A stretch of DNA of 64,000 bases. It comes from an uncultured Acidobacteriota bacterium (GTDB taxonomy: Bacteria > Acidobacteriota > Vicinamibacteria > Vicinamibacterales > Fen-181). This document shows positions 1 to 10,204 of the stretch, piece after piece (position 1 is the stretch's first letter; every line of letters starts with the position of its first letter). The notes under the pieces were generated by a model, which was given only the letters and a program-made list of their open reading frames with translations, was not told the DNA's origin and searched no databases. The translations under genes were made by a program, and so were the position numbers. The DNA lies in the NCBI GenBank assembly GCA_963698725.1, contig CAVORY010000004.1, positions 19,951 through 83,950 of the forward strand, in the 5' to 3' direction.

Positions 1-1101
1 CGCCCGCCAGAGATGTCGACACGCCGGAAGCCGACGCGCGTCGTGACGGCCTCGACCGCGGCGCCCGACTCGTCCTCGAGCGTCAGAAGCACGCGGTACA
101 GCGTGGGCGTTTCGGCGGTCCACCGGGCGACGTCCGGCACGGTGGCGTGGAGCGTCACGAGCGACGAACTCCCGCCCCCGACCGTCGCGGAGATGCGCGC
201 CGGGCCCCAAGCCGTCTTCCCGTCCGGACCGAGCAGCTCGGCGACGACCGTCCTCGGCGCGGCCGTGCCTTCGTCGTGCCGACGCAGCTCGACGTCGAGG
301 TCGAGCGTGCCGTCGCGGTACTGGCCGTTGAGGCTGGCGCGGGCCCAGAAGTCGCGGATATGCGTCTGGGGCGTCGCGAACAGGAAGACATCTCGGAAGA
401 TCCCGCTCAGCCGCCAGAAGTCCTGGCATTCCAGGTAGGAGCCGTCGCTGTAGCGATAGACCTCGGCCGCGAGGAGGTTGCGGCCCGGCTTCAAGAACTG
501 CGTGATGTCGAACTCGGCCGGCGTCCGGCTGTCCTCGCTGTAGCCGACGCGCTCGCCATTCACCCAGAGGTAGAACGCCGACGAGACGCCCGCGAAGTGG
601 ACGAGGACCTCGCGCCCCTGCCACGAGACCGGGAGGTCAAAGGTCCGGCGGTACGAGCCGACCGGGTTGTCGTCTTCTGGAACGCGCGGGGGATCGGCCT
701 TGAACGTGTAGCCCTCGTCGATATAGAGCGGCTTCCCGTGGCCCTGCCACTCCATCGTCCCGGGCACTGCGATATCGCCCCAGGCCGTGTCGTCGAAATC
801 GGCACGGAAGAACGCGAGCGGCCGGTCGGCCGGCCGCGGCGACCACCGGAACTTCCACCGGCCGTTCAGCGACACGACATTCGGCGACTGGTCGGGCCGA
901 AGCCGGAGCGCCTCGTCGCGCGACCGGAAGGGGACGAAGGTGGCGCGGGGCCGCTCGGTGTTGATGCCCGAGACGCGCGGGTTCTGCCAGTCGAGAGGAG
1001 CGCCTCCCTGGCCCGCCTCGCGTGCCACGGATCCGGCGGTCATGACGAGGAACCCGGCGACGCCGATCGCCAGGACGCGAGGCCTCAGGAGGAAGGGCAT
1101 G
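1..1101 (-). CDS. Glycoside hydrolase family 2 beta-galactosidase, N-terminal part (gene continues beyond the left edge)
   Basis: Absent from the ORF track (no stop inside the window). My minus-strand translation from ATG (comp. 1099-1101) gives MPFLLRPRVLAIGVAGFLVMTAG..NGRWKFRWSP..VHFAGVSSAFYLWVNGERVGYSEDSRTPAEFDIT..YRYSDGSYLECQDFWRLSGIFRDVFL. This is colinear with LacZ-type GH2 N-terminal domains. Confidence 0.8.
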
Positions 1102-1108
1102 GCGGATC

Positions 1109-1320
1109 AGAAGACAGAATTCAGAAGCCAGAAGCCAGAAGCCAGAAGCCAGAAGACAGAAGACAGAATCCAGAAGACAGAAGATAGAAGAGGCCTGTCA
1201 CGCGATCACACTGTCACGCTGAGCGAGCCGCGAGCCCCTTGGCGCGCCGAAGCCCCTCGGGCGAAGGCGGCTGAGCCCTGAGCCCTGAGCCGTGAGCCTT
1301 GAGCCGTAAGCCGCAGGCCG
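1109..1320. repeat. Composite intergenic repeat element, copy A: (CAGAAGN)n block, core, (TGAGCCN)n block
   Basis: 1109-1190 holds about 11 tandem heptamers (cagaaga/cagaagc/tagaaga). The core 1191-1272 contains ctgtcacgctgagcgagcc and gccgaagcccctcgggcgaaggcggc. 1273-1320 holds heptamers tgagccc/tgagccg/tgagcct. Confidence 0.9.
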
Positions 1321-1321
1321 G

Positions 1322-2608
1322 CTATTCTGCCAGCAGCCGCGCGATCAGCGCTGAGAGGCGCGCCTCGTTCGCCTCGTCGTAGCCGACCATGATCAGGCGG
1401 ATGACTCCCTTCTTGTCGATGATCTGGATCTGCGGGATCCCGCCCACCTTGTAGTTCGCGTCGTTGACGTCGCGCGCACCGGCCTGGCCCGTGACGCGGT
1501 TGCCCACGGCAATCGGGAACACGATCCCATGTTTCGGGAAGTACTCGCCGATCGCCTTCAGTTCGTCGGTCGGGGAGAGATTCCGCTGGCTCTCAAAGTA
1601 GCCCCACAGCTGGGTGGCCATCACGACGCGGAAGCCCTTCGGGCCGAAAGCGTTTGCGAGCCGGACGAGGCCCGGGTAGCTTTCGCGGCACGGGCCGCAC
1701 CAGTGCGCGGTGAACTCGAGCAGCGTCACGTGACCCGGCATTTCCAGGCGGCCGCTCGCGGGTGTCGCCTGCAGCCACTGCGGCGCCTCCAAGGCGGCGG
1801 CAGGCCGGCCGACCAGTTCGTACCGCTCGAGCGCGGGTCTGACCTGCGCGTCGACGCCTTCGATGGCGCCCAGGTCCCTGAGCGCTGTCCTCAGAAGGTC
1901 GAGCGCCTTCGGCGTCTGCTCCTGGCCCGCGTAGGCCTCGGCTGCGTTGACGTACGCCGCCACGATCGTCCGGACGACCGGCGTACGCTGCTCGGGCGTC
2001 AGAAGGTGGCCGAGCTCGATGATCTTCGCCGAGTGCTTCAGAATGCCCGCGTCGATGTCGTCGGCGCGGTAATAGCCGTTGAGCAGCCCGTGCCCTTCGA
2101 TCTTCTCGCGGGCGGACGATTCGGGCAGGGCGTCCAGCGCATCGACATACTTCTCGGCCTTCGCGTTGCGCTCGTCCGACTTCGGCTGCCGCATCACCAG
2201 CCGCGTCGCCGTGACCAGCGCGGCGGCTCGTCTGGCGGGGTCGCCGGTCGTCGCGTCGAGCGCGCGCTCGATCGCCTTGTCGGCCAGATCCGGCTGCGAC
2301 GCCTCGATGTAGAGCTCGGCGAGCGGCGCGAGCTGGGCGGCCGGGAGCGCGTCGAGCGCGATTCGCGCGATGCAGGCCCTCGCGAATTCGACCTTCTCCC
2401 GCTGCAGCGCCTGGTACTTCTCGGAGGTCATCGGAGGCGGAACCTCCTTCATCCGGGCGGTCAGGAACGACCGCGTGTTCGCCAGGCACGACGATGGCGT
2501 GGCTGGCGAGGCCGGCGCCGCACGCTCCTGGGTGGCGAGGGGCTGGGCGCAGAGGAGCAGGCCGAGAGCCAGGGCGGCGAAGGCACGGTTCAGCATGTTG
2601 GCGATCAT
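1322..2608 (-). CDS. Secreted TlpA/ResA-like thiol-disulfide oxidoreductase with a helical N-terminal domain
   Basis: ORF 1322..2947 trimmed to the internal ATG (comp. 2606-2608), giving the signal-like MIANMLNRAFAALALGLLLCAQPLA. C-terminal FTAHWCGPCRESYPGL (WCxxC) and GGIPQIQIIDKKG are typical of the redoxin/TlpA family. Confidence 0.75.
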   Translation of the reverse strand: MIANMLNRAFAALALGLLLCAQPLATQERAAPASPATPSSCLANTRSFLTARMKEVPPPMTSEKYQALQREKVEFARACIARIALDALPAAQLAPLAELYIEASQPDLADKAIERALDATTGDPARRAAALVTATRLVMRQPKSDERNAKAEKYVDALDALPESSAREKIEGHGLLNGYYRADDIDAGILKHSAKIIELGHLLTPEQRTPVVRTIVAAYVNAAEAYAGQEQTPKALDLLRTALRDLGAIEGVDAQVRPALERYELVGRPAAALEAPQWLQATPASGRLEMPGHVTLLEFTAHWCGPCRESYPGLVRLANAFGPKGFRVVMATQLWGYFESQRNLSPTDELKAIGEYFPKHGIVFPIAVGNRVTGQAGARDVNDANYKVGGIPQIQIIDKKGVIRLIMVGYDEANEARLSALIARLLAE

Positions 2609-2693
2609 GTACCACGAAACGCGTCGAAGCGCGCAGAGAAATCCGGGCGGACGTATACTACCTGCCGTCCGGCGAGACGGAGGCCCGAACGCG

Positions 2694-3926
2694 ATGGACC
2701 AGAAAGCAGCGCAGCAAGCGATTGCGTCCGACCCTGCGGAATCGGCACCCGCGCCCGAGACGAACGGGTCCGGCGACGCGGGAGGAGGCCAGGTGCGCCG
2801 CCGGCGGAGGGGCGTCCGATCGCTGAGGCCGCGCTTCCATGTGCCGAGAGTGCGCAAGCGCTCGAAGCCGGGGGCCGTCGCCGGCATCGAGCTGTCCGAC
2901 CTGGCCCGCATGCCGGCCACGCAGGAGCCGGTGGCGGTGACGTGCATCGACTACGGTCCCGAGCAAGCGCATGTGGAGAACGTCACCGACCTGGCGGCGT
3001 TCCTTTCGGGCCACCGCCCCGAGTGGGCGACGGTCCGGTGGATCAACATCGACGGCCTCGGCGACATGTCCGCCATCCGGGGCTTTGCCGAGAAGTACCA
3101 CCTCCACCCGCTGGCGGTGGAAGACGTGCTGAACGTCACACACCGGCCAAAGGTCGAAGCCTACCCAGAGGTCGGGAACATGCAGGCGAGGCTGTTCGTC
3201 ATCGCCCGCATGCTCGATCTGTCCGACGGCCACCTGCGCGGCGAGCAGATCAGCATCTTTCTCGGCCACCACACGGTGCTGACATTCCAGGAGAGTCCCG
3301 GCGACGTGTGGGACGGCATCAGGCAGCGCATCCAGGCGCCAGGGTCGCGGCTTCGCGCCAACGACGCGAGCTTCCTCCTGCACTCGCTGCTCGACGCGAT
3401 CGTGGACGCCTGCTTCCCGATCCTCGAGTTCTACGGCGACCGCCTCGAGGATGTCGAGGCCGAGGTGCTGGCCAGCCCGACGCCGGAGGCCATCCGGAAC
3501 ATCCATACGCTGAAGCGGGAACTGCTGCTGCTGCGTCGCGCGGTCTGGCCGATGCGCGAGGTGATCAGTTCGCTTCAGCGGGAGCCGCACGAGTGCATGA
3601 GCGACGCCACACGGACCTACATGCGCGACGTCTACGACCACACGGTGCAGATCATCGACATCGTCGAGACCTACCGCGAAATGACGACGGGCCTCACCGA
3701 GACCTACATGAGTGCGATGAGCCAGCGGCTCAACGAGGTCATGAAGGTCCTCACCATCATCGGCACGATCTTCATCCCGTTGACGTTCCTGGCCGGCGTC
3801 TACGGCATGAACTTCAGGCACCTTCCGGAACTCGAATGGGTGTGGGGGTACCCCTTCTTCTGGATCGTGTGCGTGGTGACGGCGGTCACCATGGTCATGT
3901 GGTTCCGGCGGAGGCAGTGGATCTGA
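2694..3926 (+). CDS. corA: CorA-family magnesium/cobalt transporter
   Basis: ORF 2370..3926 trimmed to ATG 2694 (MDQKAAQ). It has HPLAVEDVLN, the GVYGMNFRHLPE (GMN) motif and two C-terminal TM helices. Confidence 0.85.
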   Translation: MDQKAAQQAIASDPAESAPAPETNGSGDAGGGQVRRRRRGVRSLRPRFHVPRVRKRSKPGAVAGIELSDLARMPATQEPVAVTCIDYGPEQAHVENVTDLAAFLSGHRPEWATVRWINIDGLGDMSAIRGFAEKYHLHPLAVEDVLNVTHRPKVEAYPEVGNMQARLFVIARMLDLSDGHLRGEQISIFLGHHTVLTFQESPGDVWDGIRQRIQAPGSRLRANDASFLLHSLLDAIVDACFPILEFYGDRLEDVEAEVLASPTPEAIRNIHTLKRELLLLRRAVWPMREVISSLQREPHECMSDATRTYMRDVYDHTVQIIDIVETYREMTTGLTETYMSAMSQRLNEVMKVLTIIGTIFIPLTFLAGVYGMNFRHLPELEWVWGYPFFWIVCVVTAVTMVMWFRRRQWI

Positions 3927-3929
3927 GAC

Positions 3930-4121
3930 GGGCTCACGGCTCAGGGCTCAGCCGCCTTCGCCCGAGGGGCTTCGGCGCGCCAAGGGGCTCGCGGCTCGAT
4001 CAGCGTGACACCGTGACCGCGTGACGGTCTTCTTCTATCTTCTATCTTCTGTCTTCTATCTTCTATCTTCTATCTTCTATCTTCTATCTTCTGTCTTCTG
4101 GCTTCTGGCTCCTGGCTTCTA
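3930..4121. repeat. Composite intergenic repeat element, copy B (inverted orientation relative to copy A)
   Basis: gggctcacggctcagggctcagcc is followed by the core gccgccttcgcccgaggggcttcggcgcgccaaggggctcgcggctcgatcagcgtgac, a near-exact reverse complement of the copy A core. Then come about 13 heptamers tcttcta/tcttctg/gcttctg, running into the dus stop codon. Confidence 0.9.
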
Positions 4122-5207
4122 TCCGGCGACCTGCACCCCGTCGTCCCTCCCGACCCTGTCGATGTCTGCCGCCGGTGGCGCGGCTTCGGGGTCCACAGGG
4201 TCGTTCGCCAGCAGACGCTCGGTGATCCAGGCGTGGGCTGCCTGGTCCGCTCGGGCGAGCAGGCGCTCGAGCGGCGTGCGGCCGAACGTCATGTCCTCGC
4301 GGGCCTGCATCCCGGGCCACGATCCGTCCGGCCGCCGCGGAGCGTACCGGCACCAGAAACCGAAGTGCCAGCGCGTGAAGTCGGCCACCTGCGCGCGGCC
4401 GCGGTCGTCGTCTCCCCAGTGCTCGAGCGCGAGACTCACGTAACGGCGGTAGACGGCCAGCCGATCCCCCGCCGCCAGATCCCGATAGCCCTCGTTCATC
4501 TCCCGGTACAGCCACGGCTTGATCAGCACGCCCCTGGCGGCCATCACCGCCGCGCAGCCCGAGCGGGCGCGCGCGGCGTCCGCGTCGTGCGGGAACAGCA
4601 CGTCGCCGTTCCCGATGACCGGCACGGGCACCGCCCGCACGACTTCACCGACGGCGTCCCAGTCCGCGGCCGTCCTGTACCGGGCGTCCCGCGTCCGACC
4701 GTGCACGACGAGCGCCGCGGCGCCGCCGTCCACCGCCGCCTTCGCCACGTCCAGGTAGTTCAGGCTGCTGGCGTTCCACCCGAGTCTGAACTTCACGGTT
4801 ACTGGGATCCCGGGGACCCCGCGCACCATCTCCTCGACGATGCGCTGCACGCGCTTCGGCTGACGGGCGAGAGCCGCGCCCAGCCCCTTGCTCGTGAAGT
4901 AGTCGATCGGGCAGCCGAGGTTCAGATCCACGAACTCGGCGCCCCGTGATACGACCAGCGCCGCCGCCCAGGCCATCTCGTCCGGCTGGTTGCCGGCCAA
5001 CTGCACGCCGAAGCACGGCTCCTCCGGCGCCCGGCGGATCAGCGCGAACTCGGAGCGACGCTTCTGCTTCAGCCGGCGCGCGACGGTCATCTCGCTGACG
5101 GTCACGCGCGCGCCCAGCTCCACGCACAGCCGCCGGTACGGCAGATTCGAGCCTTTCGTCATCGGGCCGAGGACAAGGGCGCCGGGCAGGTGTGACAGGA
5201 AGGACAT
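4119..5207 (-). CDS. tRNA-dihydrouridine synthase (Dus family)
   Basis: ORF 4119..5282 trimmed to ATG (comp. 5205-5207); the first 25 codons of the long ORF read through the heptamer repeat. Motifs FVDLNLGCPIDY, VHGRTRDARY and GNGDV are Dus TIM-barrel motifs. Confidence 0.85.
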   Translation of the reverse strand: MSFLSHLPGALVLGPMTKGSNLPYRRLCVELGARVTVSEMTVARRLKQKRRSEFALIRRAPEEPCFGVQLAGNQPDEMAWAAALVVSRGAEFVDLNLGCPIDYFTSKGLGAALARQPKRVQRIVEEMVRGVPGIPVTVKFRLGWNASSLNYLDVAKAAVDGGAAALVVHGRTRDARYRTAADWDAVGEVVRAVPVPVIGNGDVLFPHDADAARARSGCAAVMAARGVLIKPWLYREMNEGYRDLAAGDRLAVYRRYVSLALEHWGDDDRGRAQVADFTRWHFGFWCRYAPRRPDGSWPGMQAREDMTFGRTPLERLLARADQAAHAWITERLLANDPVDPEAAPPAADIDRVGRDDGVQVAG

Positions 5208-5214
5208 GTGGGGC

Positions 5215-5441
5215 GAGAAGCTAGAATCCAGAATCCAGAATCCAGAATTCAGAAGACGACAGAAGACAGAAGACAGAAGCAAGTCAGACGGTCACGACGT
5301 CACGCTGATCGAGCCTTGAGCCCTGAGCCTTGAGCCCTGAGCCGTGAGCCGTGAGCCCTGAGCCCTGAGCCGTGAGCCCTGAGCCCTGAGCCTTGAGCCT
5401 TGAGCCGTGAGCCGTGAGCCCTGATCCTTGAGCCTTGAGCC
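5215..5441. repeat. Composite intergenic repeat element, copy C
   Basis: ctagaat/ccagaat/tcagaag/aagacag heptamers span 5215-5283. A short core follows: gtcagacggtcacgacgtcacgctgatcgagcc. About 18 tandem tgagccc/tgagcct/tgagccg heptamers then run to 5441. Confidence 0.9.
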
Positions 5442-5442
5442 G

Positions 5443-6528
5443 TCACGCCGAAGGGTCGGGCGATTCAGCAGCTCGCTGCTCGGCCAGGGCCTCCTCGGCG
5501 AACTCGAACAGCGCCAGCACCAGGGCGATGATCACCGGGCCGAGGAAGATGCCGATCGCGCCGAATGCGCCGATCCCGCCCAGCAGACCGATGAACACCG
5601 GCAAGGTGGTGATCTTCGCCCGGCTCGAGATGAACAGCGGCCGGATGACGTTGTCGGCCGACGAGACCACCGCCACGCACCAGATGACCAGGAACGCCGC
5701 CGCGCCGACGCGACCGGTGAGGCCCAGGTAGAGCGCGGTGGGCACCCACACGATTGTCGTGCCGACGAGGGGGATGATCGACGCGACCGTCGCGAGCACC
5801 GCAAAGACGACGGCCGACGGCAGGCCGATCAGGGCGAACGCGATTCCGACCAGCGTCCCCTGCGCCAGCGCCGTCACCAGCGACCCGAGGACGATGGCCT
5901 GGATCACGTTCGAGAGATGGGTGAGCAGCAGGTCCTTCCGGCGATTGTCGAGCGGGACCAGGCTCATCGTCCGGGCCACCATCAGCTCGCCGTCGCGCAG
6001 GAAGAAGAAGAGCAGGAACAGCGCGAGGATGATGGCCATGAGGGTCCCGACGACCGACGCGAACAGCGACCCGCCGACCGAGAGCACCGACTCGATGACC
6101 TGCTGGCCGGCGGAGACAAGCGAGCTCGCGATCTGATCGGATTGCACCGGCAGGATCGACTCGACCCATTGGATCGCCTGCTCGACGGCCGGGATCTGCA
6201 GGACGTCCGAGGGCCTCTGAATGTGATGCTCGGCGGCGCTCGTCTGCGCGCGGCCCGCGAGGTCCGCGGCCTGCCTGCCGAACACGATCCCCAGGACGGT
6301 CGCCGGCACCACCAGGACGAGGAGCGACGCGAGGGTCAGCGCCAGCGCCGCCCAGGTCTTCCGTCCGCGAAAGGCCGACCGCAGCCGCCGGTTGAGCGGG
6401 AACAGCATCAGGGCCAGCAGCGCCGCCCACAGGATCGGACCGACGAACGGCCGGAGGATGAGCAGCACCGCGGCGCCCAGCACCAGCGCCGTAACCAGGC
6501 CGAAGACGCGGGGGTAGAAGGTGGACAT
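5443..6528 (-). CDS. AI-2E (PerM/UPF0118) family transporter
   Basis: 361-aa polytopic membrane protein with LFFFLRDGE, IPLVGTTIVWVPTALYL and SSADNVIRPLFIS, matching the family pattern. Confidence 0.8.
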   Translation of the reverse strand: MSTFYPRVFGLVTALVLGAAVLLILRPFVGPILWAALLALMLFPLNRRLRSAFRGRKTWAALALTLASLLVLVVPATVLGIVFGRQAADLAGRAQTSAAEHHIQRPSDVLQIPAVEQAIQWVESILPVQSDQIASSLVSAGQQVIESVLSVGGSLFASVVGTLMAIILALFLLFFFLRDGELMVARTMSLVPLDNRRKDLLLTHLSNVIQAIVLGSLVTALAQGTLVGIAFALIGLPSAVVFAVLATVASIIPLVGTTIVWVPTALYLGLTGRVGAAAFLVIWCVAVVSSADNVIRPLFISSRAKITTLPVFIGLLGGIGAFGAIGIFLGPVIIALVLALFEFAEEALAEQRAAESPDPSA

Positions 6529-7925
<1,397 letters not shown>

Positions 7926-7929
7926 GGCT

Positions 7930-9177
7930 CTATTGTACCTTCCGCCCCTCGATCTGCCGCATGATCACGCGGCCGAGGCGCGCAATCCCCTCCTCGATCT
8001 GCTCGTCGCGCGCGTTGCTGAAGTTCACCCGCATGGCATTGTGGCCGCCGCCCCCGGGGAAGAACGGAGAGCCCGGCACGAACGCCACCTTCTCCTTCAC
8101 GGCCTCCTTCAGCAGCTCCGCCGCATCCATCCAGTCGGGCAGCGTGACCCAGAGGAACAGACCGCCCTGGGGCCGCGTCCAGCGGACGCCCACCGACGCC
8201 TCCGGGAATGCCTTCTCGAGCGCGGCGAGCATGACGTTCCGGCGTCGGCCGTAGACCTCGCGGATCCGCAGGACATGCCGGTCGATGAACCCGCCGCGGC
8301 CGACCTCGTAGGCCACCATCTGGTCGAACGTGCTGCACTGGAGGTCGGTACCCTGTTTGGCCTGCACCAGGCGGTTGATGACTTCCTTGGGCGCGGCCAC
8401 CCAGGCCATCCGCAACCCGGGCGCCAGCGTCTTGCTGAACGTGCTCAGATAGATGACGTTGCCGGTGTACTTCCCGTTGACGTTGCACTCGAGGCACTCG
8501 GCGTCGAGGACGACCAGCGGCTTGATGTGCTCCCCTTCGTAGCGGAGCTGGCCGTAGGGATCGTCCTCGATGATCGGGATCCCGTACCGTTCCGAGGTGT
8601 GGATGAGCGCCCTCCGGCGTTCGAGCGGCATGGTCACACCGGTCGGGTTCTGGAAGTTCGGCAGCGCGTAGATGAACTTGGGCCCGCACCGAAGCGCGTC
8701 TTCCAGCCTGTCGGTCACCATCCCGTCATCGTCGGCCGGGACCGTGACGAAATCGGCGCCGTACATGGTGAACGCCTGCAGCGCGCCCAGGTACGTCGGG
8801 TTCTCCATCAGCAGCTTGTCGCCGGGGTTGATCAGCACCTTGCCGATCAGGTCGAGCGCCTGCTGCGAGCCGCTCGTGATGAGGACGTTGTCGATGTCCA
8901 CGACGATGCCGTAGCGCGCCATGTGGCGGACGATCATCTCGCGCAGCGGCGGGTACCCCTCGGTGGTGGAGTATTGCAGCGCGATGCGGCCCTTGGTCTC
9001 GAGCACGGCCTCCGCTGCCTCCTTCATCTCCTCCACCGGGAACAGGTCGGGGCCAGGCAGCCCGCCAGCGAACGAGATGATGTCCGGCAGCGCCGTCAGT
9101 TTCAACAGTTCGCGGATGACGGAACTGGTCATCCGCTGGGTGCGCTGGGCGTAGCGGTGATTCCAGAGGGTGCTCAT
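7930..9177 (-). CDS. PLP-dependent class I/II aminotransferase (2-aminoadipate transaminase LysN-like)
   Basis: ORF 7930..9312 trimmed to ATG (comp. 9175-9177); the longer ORF reads through 16-bp repeats. Motifs: ISFAGGLPGPDLFP, NPTGVTMPLERRRAL, YLSTFSKTLAPGLRMAW (PLP lysine context). Confidence 0.8.
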   Translation of the reverse strand: MSTLWNHRYAQRTQRMTSSVIRELLKLTALPDIISFAGGLPGPDLFPVEEMKEAAEAVLETKGRIALQYSTTEGYPPLREMIVRHMARYGIVVDIDNVLITSGSQQALDLIGKVLINPGDKLLMENPTYLGALQAFTMYGADFVTVPADDDGMVTDRLEDALRCGPKFIYALPNFQNPTGVTMPLERRRALIHTSERYGIPIIEDDPYGQLRYEGEHIKPLVVLDAECLECNVNGKYTGNVIYLSTFSKTLAPGLRMAWVAAPKEVINRLVQAKQGTDLQCSTFDQMVAYEVGRGGFIDRHVLRIREVYGRRRNVMLAALEKAFPEASVGVRWTRPQGGLFLWVTLPDWMDAAELLKEAVKEKVAFVPGSPFFPGGGGHNAMRVNFSNARDEQIEEGIARLGRVIMRQIEGRKVQ

Positions 9178-9230
9178 GGATGACTCCCACTCCGGACGAG
9201 GCCGGATGTATGGGCAGATAGTATCATCAC

Positions 9231-9289
9231 GAATCTTGGGATCTTGCGAAGTAGGGATCTTGCGAAGTAGGTATCTTGCGAAGTTAGGG
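9231..9289. repeat. 16-bp tandem repeat (GATCTTGCGAAGTAGG) x3 in a divergent promoter region
   Basis: Sequence is gaatcttgg gatcttgcgaagtagg gatcttgcgaagtagg tatcttgcgaagttagg. It lies between the aminotransferase (-) and methyltransferase (+) starts. Confidence 0.9.
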
Positions 9290-9314
9290 ACTGGCGAGCA
9301 GTCGGGGGGCATCG

Positions 9315-10088
9315 ATGGGGGCGGAGGGCTGGAAGGGCTGGGACGAATACGCGCGGTTCTACGACTGGGAGAACGCGCGGACGATGGGCCGGAAGGACGT
9401 GCGGTTCTGGCAGGCGTTTACCCGGAGGGAGGGCGGCCCGGTCCTCGAACTCGGCTGCGGAACAGGCCGCGTGGTCATCCCGGTCGCGCGAACCGGTGTG
9501 CCGGTGGTCGGAATCGACCGGTCCGAGCCGATGCTGGCGTATGCCCGCCGGCGCGCCCGGCGGCTGCCTGTCGCGCTGCGACCCGGCCTGGTCAGGGGAG
9601 ACATCCGCACGCTGCCGTTCGAAGACGGCCGTTTCTCCGCGGCGATGGCGCCGTACGGCATCCTCCAGTCGCTGACGCGGGAGCGGGACCTCCGGGCGAC
9701 GCTGGATGAGCTGGCGCGGGTGCTCCGCCCGGGCGGGGCGCTCGGCATCGACCTGGTGCCCGACCTGCCGGCCTGGGACGAATACCGCGACCGCACGCGG
9801 CTGCGGGGCCGGCTCGGGCGCTCCGCCGGACACGTCACACTGGTCGAGTCGGTCCGGCAGGATCGGCGGCGGAAGCTGACCGTTTTCGATCAGGAATACG
9901 TGGAGCTGCGCGGCGGCAGGCGGGTGCGCCACCGGTTCTCGCTGACCTTCCGGACGCTGCCGCTGCCGCAGATGGTGGCGCGCGTCGAGCGGGCCGGGTT
10001 CCGAATCACAGCCGCGCTCGGCGACTACCAGGGCCGCCCCTGGGACCTGCGGGCCGACGTGTGGCTGCTGCTGGCTGTCAAGAGCTGA
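9315..10088 (+). CDS. Class I SAM-dependent methyltransferase
   Basis: VLELGCGTGRV (motif I), VGIDRSEPML and LRPGGAL; 257 aa. Confidence 0.8.
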   Translation: MGAEGWKGWDEYARFYDWENARTMGRKDVRFWQAFTRREGGPVLELGCGTGRVVIPVARTGVPVVGIDRSEPMLAYARRRARRLPVALRPGLVRGDIRTLPFEDGRFSAAMAPYGILQSLTRERDLRATLDELARVLRPGGALGIDLVPDLPAWDEYRDRTRLRGRLGRSAGHVTLVESVRQDRRRKLTVFDQEYVELRGGRRVRHRFSLTFRTLPLPQMVARVERAGFRITAALGDYQGRPWDLRADVWLLLAVKS

Positions 10089-10204
10089 GCGGGCTGGCGG
10101 CCACGTGGCTGACGGCCGGCGGCTGGGTGCCTTCGGCTGGCCATCGGGAGGCGAAGAGGCTCACAATCGCAGCGCCCGTTCTGAATCGGAGGCGGGCCAA
10201 GACG

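Noticed and set aside
1529-4024. 831-aa plus-strand ORF spanning the tlpA-like and corA loci
   Set aside because: It is Arg/Gly/Pro/Ala-rich low-complexity sequence with no recognisable motifs. It is antisense to a gene with a clear WCGPC redoxin domain and out of frame with CorA. This is a typical open-frame artefact of high GC.
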